A DNA stretch of 64,000 nt from Candidatus Latescibacterota bacterium (lineage in GTDB: Bacteria; Latescibacterota; UBA2968; UBA8231): contig OZ253462.1 in NCBI GenBank assembly GCA_965261395.1, positions 3,648,001 through 3,712,000 on the forward strand, in the 5' to 3' direction. The translations under genes and the position numbers were made by a program. The notes below the pieces were generated by a model. That model saw only the letters and a list, made by a program, of their open reading frames with translations. It was not told the DNA's origin and made no database searches. Below, piece by piece: positions 58,068-64,000 of this stretch. Each line of letters opens with the position of its first letter. Position 1 is the first letter of the stretch.

Positions 58068-60848
58068 ATGGGCAGACCTAAGAGGTTGGTCCTCTTTGCA
58101 CTGGTATTGCTAGCGACTGGGGCGACCGGCCAGTCGCCGGACCGTCGTTTCGGGACCCAGCGCGGTGCCCAACTCACCTTTGAGCCTCGCGGCCCGGGCG
58201 TCCTCTTCGATGCCCTCGATCCGGCGCTCAAGAAATGGTACGTGCCGCAGGAGCTATACGTCGATTACGGCTTTCGCCAGTGGGAGTACTCGAATTACGC
58301 CCGGGACCTGTACCAGCGCTACGTCAACACCAACCGCCAGGGCGGGCCGTTTTACGACCTGTACGGGAACTACCAGACTTGGGGCTGGCTGATTTTCGAC
58401 TGGAACCAGACGCAGCCGGGCCAATTCGGTTCGTCGATCTACAAAGACCCTAGGTTCAATGGATGGTTCAACGCCGTCACGGTCTCTTCCGACTCGCGCG
58501 ATCAGTATTACCTAGCGATAACCATTGGCGAGCGCATCCGCACCGCCCTGACTCCGCTGACCTTTTCGAAGCCGCGTTTTAACGGCATCCAGATGGACTT
58601 TGCCGCGGACAAATACGAGGCGACGCTGTTGTTTTCCCGCGCCAGCGAGGCGATTCTCGGCACCACCCCCGAGCGCCAGCCCAGTGTCTCGACCAACGCG
58701 ACCAATATGATGGGGGGCCGGGCGACAGCGCAGGTGGGAGATTTTGTCAAGATTGGCGCGACCATGGTCAACGCCCACAATTCACAGACGCTGGCCGAGG
58801 CGTTTGAACGCAACCCGCTCGTCGGCACCTTGGGCGCCGAGCAGGGCAGCGATCCGATCAGGGCCATCGCCGTAGTTCTGAGCGACGACTCCCCAGAAGA
58901 CGGCCAAGGCGGCGCGGCGCTGTTTGCCCACGACATCATCATTACCGCCGAGGATTTCGACACCAAGAAGCGCACGAAATTCCGCTTGCGGGAGGTAGTA
59001 TCTGATCCGACTAAATGGCCGGTGATTACCGGCGGCTTCCCCCGGGAGGGTTTTTTGGCTGCCGACGGCGAGGAACAGATCGTCATCAACTACGATTTCA
59101 CCGACCTAGCGTACATTGGCCCGCGGCCGACGGAGATCGTCGATATCCAGTTCGATCTCGTGGTGGCCAACGACTACAAGATCCAGGTGTGGTCGGATCG
59201 CCAGATCGGGCGCGGCAGCTTGCCTAGCCCGCCGCTTACGGGCTTGGACTTGGCGCAAGCGGGTGCCGTGCTCTTCGATGTCCGCAGCGCCGCCGGCAAT
59301 GTGACGGACAATTCAAACCAGCAGCGCGTCGTCTTCGACTACGGGCTGCCGTCGGCGAACATGGTGTTCGGATTCACGATGGAAGTGTTGCAGTTGATGG
59401 GCTTTGACGCCTATGCAGAGTACGACATTAATCGCGCCTACCTCCAGTACCCCAACCTCACGCTCGCCGACGCAGACCGCAACCTGAATACCCACGCGCG
59501 CGACGCCGCGGCTTGGATGGTCAACGTTTCCAAGCAGGCGTATCCGTTCTTCTTGTTCGGCGAAGCCTTCAGCATGGATCCCTCCTACTCGACGACGGCG
59601 TTTATCGTCAATTCGGGCGGCAGCGTGTACTACGACGACAAACGCACCTCAGTCTATGAGTTCGTCGATGACAACGACGATCAAGACCGCACGCCCGATT
59701 GGAGCCGCTGGGGCCAGGGTGGCCCCGATCCGATTGTCTTCCCGGGTTGGGACGAAAACAACGACTTCGTCTCGGACTTCAACCAGAACGACAATATCTC
59801 GCTGAGCAATCGCATCCCGGATTACGAGGAGCCGTTTTTCCGCTACAGCGTCGATCGGCCGGAATTCCTCTTCGGCATCGACCTCAACAACAACAACTGG
59901 ATCGACCGGTTTGAAAACGACGACTTGCCCGACTATCCCTATCGCCGCAACCACCGGGGCTACAACATCTACGTCGGCCAACATCTGACGCCGGATACTC
60001 GGCTAACGGTGGGGCGATTGCGGGAGGATGAGATATCCTCCAATCGCCGCAACCACGTGACCTACGGCGTTTTCACGTACGACCGCGACCACCCGCAATG
60101 GGGTCGCTTGCGGTTTTTCAATTCGCTGAAAAAGGTCGCCGACGATATCCCCGACATTCGCCGCGAGCCGACGCCGGATTTGCAGACGGTATCGCTGGCT
60201 CACGTCGAGGACATCCTGCCGGCGAGGGACACTTGGGTCAATGACAGCTACGTGCAATTCGATTGCGAACCGGTCAAAAGGCTGAATGTGATCAACAAAT
60301 TCAAATACAGCCTCTTCAGCCAGCGGGGTGAGGCGTTCAGAAGCGGCGATGCGCCCATCCTCAATGAACGCACGCGGTTTCTGGGTTTGATCAATAAGGC
60401 GGATTACACCTACCAGCTCGGCCAGCTCGTGCTGCAACCCAAGGCGAAAAGCGAATACCTCAACCAGACGGCCTTTTTGCAGGCCGATCCCGACCGCAAG
60501 GAGTGGATGGGGATCGGCATTATGCAGGCACGGCTGCCGGTGTTGCACAACTCCTTCCTCGAAAGCGGAGTGGAATATTCGATTTTCCGCGAGCTGGTCT
60601 TGGACGAAGACGCATTGCTGGCCGATGGCCCGACCCAGGACACGGGCGATTTCCGCAACCTGGTCTTGGCCCTGCAGTGGACGACCCTTGGACACTATCT
60701 CGGCTACAAGCTCACCACCCAGTTCGGCGTTAGCTATACCAAGCGATGGGACGAGGCCGTGGTGTTGGGTGCCGAGGGCCTGATGAAGCAGAACGAGAGC
60801 CGGTCCTTCGGCACTAGTTTTATCTCGGTGTACGCTGGGGTAGAATGA
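58068..60848 (+). CDS. Large uncharacterised exported, probably outer-membrane, protein (paralog A)
   Basis: ggagg RBS; signal peptide; Asp/Asn-rich DDNDDQD, DENNDFVSDFNQN, DLNNNNW motifs; amphipathic beta-strand-rich C-terminal third. Confidence 0.7.
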   Translation: MGRPKRLVLFALVLLATGATGQSPDRRFGTQRGAQLTFEPRGPGVLFDALDPALKKWYVPQELYVDYGFRQWEYSNYARDLYQRYVNTNRQGGPFYDLYGNYQTWGWLIFDWNQTQPGQFGSSIYKDPRFNGWFNAVTVSSDSRDQYYLAITIGERIRTALTPLTFSKPRFNGIQMDFAADKYEATLLFSRASEAILGTTPERQPSVSTNATNMMGGRATAQVGDFVKIGATMVNAHNSQTLAEAFERNPLVGTLGAEQGSDPIRAIAVVLSDDSPEDGQGGAALFAHDIIITAEDFDTKKRTKFRLREVVSDPTKWPVITGGFPREGFLAADGEEQIVINYDFTDLAYIGPRPTEIVDIQFDLVVANDYKIQVWSDRQIGRGSLPSPPLTGLDLAQAGAVLFDVRSAAGNVTDNSNQQRVVFDYGLPSANMVFGFTMEVLQLMGFDAYAEYDINRAYLQYPNLTLADADRNLNTHARDAAAWMVNVSKQAYPFFLFGEAFSMDPSYSTTAFIVNSGGSVYYDDKRTSVYEFVDDNDDQDRTPDWSRWGQGGPDPIVFPGWDENNDFVSDFNQNDNISLSNRIPDYEEPFFRYSVDRPEFLFGIDLNNNNWIDRFENDDLPDYPYRRNHRGYNIYVGQHLTPDTRLTVGRLREDEISSNRRNHVTYGVFTYDRDHPQWGRLRFFNSLKKVADDIPDIRREPTPDLQTVSLAHVEDILPARDTWVNDSYVQFDCEPVKRLNVINKFKYSLFSQRGEAFRSGDAPILNERTRFLGLINKADYTYQLGQLVLQPKAKSEYLNQTAFLQADPDRKEWMGIGIMQARLPVLHNSFLESGVEYSIFRELVLDEDALLADGPTQDTGDFRNLVLALQWTTLGHYLGYKLTTQFGVSYTKRWDEAVVLGAEGLMKQNESRSFGTSFISVYAGVE

Positions 60849-63679
60849 TGCGACGCGGTTCAACAAAGGGGACGCGCATGTGGTGGGCGGCGGTTTGCCT
60901 GCTGGCCGGGCTGGTGCCAGCGGGTGCCCAGCCCGACTACGGCAACCGCTTGGGAACCAACGAAACGGACCGGGTCTCCTATTACGCCTCCGGTCCACTT
61001 ATGCAGCAGGAGGCGTTCGTCCCCGCGTTGAAGCGCTGGTACATGCCGCAGGAGATCGCCCCCGAATACCGCTGGCAGTGGGAGTACACCAATTACGCTA
61101 GCGATCCCTACCGGCGTTATTTTTCTCCCGCGCAGGAGGGCGACTATTTCTACGACCTGTACGGGCGCTATCTGACCAAGGGTTGGCTGGTGTACGACTG
61201 GCGGCAGCGGCAGCCGACCAGCTCTGGGGGATCGGGACTGCTCAAACCGTCCGGGCGCTATAACTCGTGGTTCAGCAACCTGCTCATCGCCACCGATGCC
61301 AAGGGCCAGCACTATTTGGGGGTGACGATCGGCGACCTGATCAACACCACGCTGACGCCAATGACGTTCCGCAAAACCCGCTTCAACGGAGTGCAGTTCG
61401 ACTATGCCGCCGACCGCTTGGCCGCTACCGTGCTGATGTCGCGGATCAGTCTGCCGGTGGACCAGATCGCTCCGGGTATCCGCGTTCCCATCGTCACTGA
61501 GAACTTTACCAACTTGCTCGGCTTGCGGGGCGAATGGAAGGTGCGCGACGCCATGCGCTTGGGCGCGACCTTTGTCAACGCCCACAACGGCCGGGCGCAA
61601 GCCGACCGCGGCGGCAATCCCTTCAAGGGCAAGCTGACCAACGGCCAACTGGAGAATCGCCTCAACTGGATCATCGTCCGCATAACGGACGACTCGCCCG
61701 AGGACGGCGTGGGCGCGCCTACGGTTTTCGACCGGGATATCGAAGTGCATACCCAAATTGGCGGCCGCGATACCGTGCTAGTTGGCAGTCATATCGGCTT
61801 TCAGCCGCAGGTGGAGGGTGGTACCACGCGCAATGGCTTCCCCGTTGCCGAGGGGGCCGGTAGCGAGGGCGAGATCACCTACCGGTACAATTTCTCTTCT
61901 GAAGAGCCGGCGGTAGTGGCGCTGGAAGACATTATCGACGATGCCGATTTGGTCAACAACATCACCGCGGTGAAGTTCCGCTTCCTACTCAACAACGATT
62001 ACCGGGTCGATGTCACCTCGGATGTCCAGACCGATAACGAACCTTTAGGTGCCCAATCTAAGTTTGTAAACGTGGTGCGAGCGGCGGACAATGTCCAAGA
62101 CAACTCCAATCAGCAGTGGGTCGTCTTCGACTACGGCTTGCCGACGGCGACCCAGGTTTTCGGTTTTAGCTTTGAGGTTAGCGATTGGGCGGGCTTTCGG
62201 GTGTACGCCGAGTACAATGTCAACCACCAGTTCCGGCAGTATCCCAATCTCGCCCGCAAAACGCACCACAGTGCATCCGGCGTGTTGGGGGATGAGTCGG
62301 CGACGGGCTGGATGGTCAATGTCGCCAAAGAATTCTACCCCTTCTTCCTCTTCGGCGAAGCGTTCGGCATGGACGCCGAGTACAACACCACGTCGTTCCT
62401 CGTCGATCAGGGCGGGCGGATCAATTACAGCGACGACGAAGAGGCGCGCTCGGAATTTATCTACGACTTGGTGGATGACAACGACGACAACGACATCCGC
62501 CTCGACCAGCGGCGCGACAAGGAGGGGTTGGCCGATGGGGCGGTGTTCCCCGGTCTCGACGAAAACAACGACTTCATCTCCGATTTCAACCAAAACAACA
62601 CTTCAGTGCGCCCCAATTTCATGCCCGACTACGAAGAGCAGTTTTTGCGCCACTACGTCGATCGGCCAGAATTCGTCTTCGCCCTCGACTTGAACAACAA
62701 TGGTTGGGGCGAGCGCTTTGAAAACGACGACGAGCCGGATTACCCCTATAAGCGCGACCGACGCGGGTACAACGCCTACTTGGGGGCGTGGCTGACGCCG
62801 GAGCTGAAATGGATGGCGGGGCAAGAGCAGGTGCAGCGCCTGTCCACCGGTGAGAACAATGTGACTCGCTACGCCCTGCTGGCCTACGAGCGCAATTTTC
62901 CCCGGGCGGGCAACGCGGCGTTCTACAACATGTTCAAGCTGGTGCAGGACGATATCGCCGACGATGTGATCCAGTGGGTAACGGCGCAGCCCGAACTGGG
63001 CCGGCCGCTCGACTCGTCGGGGTCGATGCAGCCCGTCATGGATCCGCTGGCGATGCGCGACGCGGTCGTCAATCGGCTGTGGGCTGGCTTTACGGGCAAG
63101 ACCTACAAGGGCATCAACAGCGAGGGCAAGTTCATCCACGAGTTCATTCGGCAGCGCGACGCCAATGCCCGCGACCGCGCCGGTCGCTTAATCGCCCGCA
63201 ACACGCGGCGGCTGGGGCTAATTAACCGCCTAGACTACCAATTCTCGCTGGGCCGGATGGCGGTGCAACCGCGCTTTAAGCACGAACTTTTCATGGACGA
63301 CACGCCCTACAATATCGGCCGCTTGACCGGCGGTTCGACGGCCGAGCGCCAGGACTGGAGCGGGATCTTCTCGCTCTTGCTGCGGCGTCCCTTTTTGAAC
63401 CGCGTGTTGCTACAATTGGGCGTCGAGCGCCTGATCTTCCGCGATTTTATCCAGGACGAGACGGCCACCGCTGGCTTGCGCGGCGGCGATACGACCGGGG
63501 ATTTCGACGAGACTTCGCTCGCCGTGCAGCTTTCCATCGACAAGCCGTATCTGGGCTATACCCTGCAAACCCTGATGGGGATAAGGGTGAGCAGACGCCA
63601 TCTGGAGCGCTTTGAACAGCCGAGCGCTAGAGAGACGGGCGCCATCTCCTTTGTGACGGTATATGGCAGCATCCGCTAG
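60845..63679 (+). CDS. Large uncharacterised exported, probably outer-membrane, protein (paralog B)
   Basis: ATGA overlap with paralog A; shares WY.PQE, WEY.NYA, YDLYG, DDSPEDG, VFDYGLP, RFENDD.PDYPY. Confidence 0.7.
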   Translation: MMRRGSTKGTRMWWAAVCLLAGLVPAGAQPDYGNRLGTNETDRVSYYASGPLMQQEAFVPALKRWYMPQEIAPEYRWQWEYTNYASDPYRRYFSPAQEGDYFYDLYGRYLTKGWLVYDWRQRQPTSSGGSGLLKPSGRYNSWFSNLLIATDAKGQHYLGVTIGDLINTTLTPMTFRKTRFNGVQFDYAADRLAATVLMSRISLPVDQIAPGIRVPIVTENFTNLLGLRGEWKVRDAMRLGATFVNAHNGRAQADRGGNPFKGKLTNGQLENRLNWIIVRITDDSPEDGVGAPTVFDRDIEVHTQIGGRDTVLVGSHIGFQPQVEGGTTRNGFPVAEGAGSEGEITYRYNFSSEEPAVVALEDIIDDADLVNNITAVKFRFLLNNDYRVDVTSDVQTDNEPLGAQSKFVNVVRAADNVQDNSNQQWVVFDYGLPTATQVFGFSFEVSDWAGFRVYAEYNVNHQFRQYPNLARKTHHSASGVLGDESATGWMVNVAKEFYPFFLFGEAFGMDAEYNTTSFLVDQGGRINYSDDEEARSEFIYDLVDDNDDNDIRLDQRRDKEGLADGAVFPGLDENNDFISDFNQNNTSVRPNFMPDYEEQFLRHYVDRPEFVFALDLNNNGWGERFENDDEPDYPYKRDRRGYNAYLGAWLTPELKWMAGQEQVQRLSTGENNVTRYALLAYERNFPRAGNAAFYNMFKLVQDDIADDVIQWVTAQPELGRPLDSSGSMQPVMDPLAMRDAVVNRLWAGFTGKTYKGINSEGKFIHEFIRQRDANARDRAGRLIARNTRRLGLINRLDYQFSLGRMAVQPRFKHELFMDDTPYNIGRLTGGSTAERQDWSGIFSLLLRRPFLNRVLLQLGVERLIFRDFIQDETATAGLRGGDTTGDFDETSLAVQLSIDKPYLGYTLQTLMGIRVSRRHLERFEQPSARETGAISFVTVYGSIR

Positions 63680-63745
63680 CGCTTGCTGGTCGTCGTGCCG
63701 CGGTTTGATTCATTCCACCTAAAAAATTGCGAGTTTACTGAACTT

Positions 63746-64000
63746 ATGAAAGCGTACCTGTCCTTGGTTTGCAGTGGGATCGTCCTAGTACTTATGGGTT
63801 GTGCGAAGGATGTCGAGGAACTGGAAAACCCCGTTTTGGCCGAAGTGGGAGACCGCCGGATAACGGCCTCCCAACTGATCGCCTTTGAACAGCGCCTGCC
63901 CGATGAGCTAAAGACGAAGAAATCCGGCTTGGACGGCTACCGCGACTATCTACAGACGATCATCGACAAGGAGATTTTTCTCCAAGAAGCGGTCAAAAGG
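63746..64000 (+). CDS. Lipoprotein foldase (SurA/PpiC-type PPIase) N-terminus, truncated by the window end
   Basis: MKAYLSLVCSGIVLVLMGC lipobox; VLAEVGDRRIT...YLQTIIDKEIFLQEA; frame open to the window end. Confidence 0.65.
   Translation, partial: MKAYLSLVCSGIVLVLMGCAKDVEELENPVLAEVGDRRITASQLIAFEQRLPDELKTKKSGLDGYRDYLQTIIDKEIFLQEAVKR

Noticed and set aside
1-64000. tRNA, rRNA or known riboswitch genes
   Set aside because: None recognised by eye; a tRNAscan-SE/Rfam scan would be needed to exclude them.

Overview
GC-rich bacterial chromosome segment. The FlgD/Ig-tailed and dockerin-like secreted proteins, DUF6785-type membrane proteins and a C-terminal SWGRIK motif suggest, by inference, Ca. Latescibacterota or a related FCB-group lineage. 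The backbone is an N-methylglutamate (methylamine utilisation) cluster, mgsABC-gmaS-soxBDAG(mgdABCD), with foreign cargo at three of its gene junctions. (i) gmaS|soxB carries an AT-rich, translationally coupled six-gene operon (PD-(D/E)XK nuclease-like, SNF2 helicase, ParB-like, B12-type radical SAM, GHKL/MORC ATPase, second ParB-like) that I cannot match to a named defence system; it is the top candidate for a new DNA-modification/restriction system. Its third gene is split by a 2.5-kb IS1595 element (25-bp TIRs, 8-bp TSD) holding a structured leader, a passenger gene and a nested IS5. An RloA/RloB (AbiL-like) pair follows. (ii) soxB|soxD carries a type II R-M pair whose endonuclease is split by a 145-bp MITE bearing the IS5 ends. 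(iii) soxA|soxG carries a frameshifted outer-membrane gene, tnpB, trmH and hsdR relics, a membrane protein and two TA modules. Three cassettes are bracketed by diverged relic copies of neighbouring gene ends. The right half holds trkAH, rhaM, an ABC solute-binding protein, an IS630-split 12-repeat TolB-like protein, a REP-containing MITE and a cluster of paralogous uncharacterised exported/outer-membrane proteins ending in a PPIase-like lipoprotein. All calls come from reading the sequence; no database searches were run.
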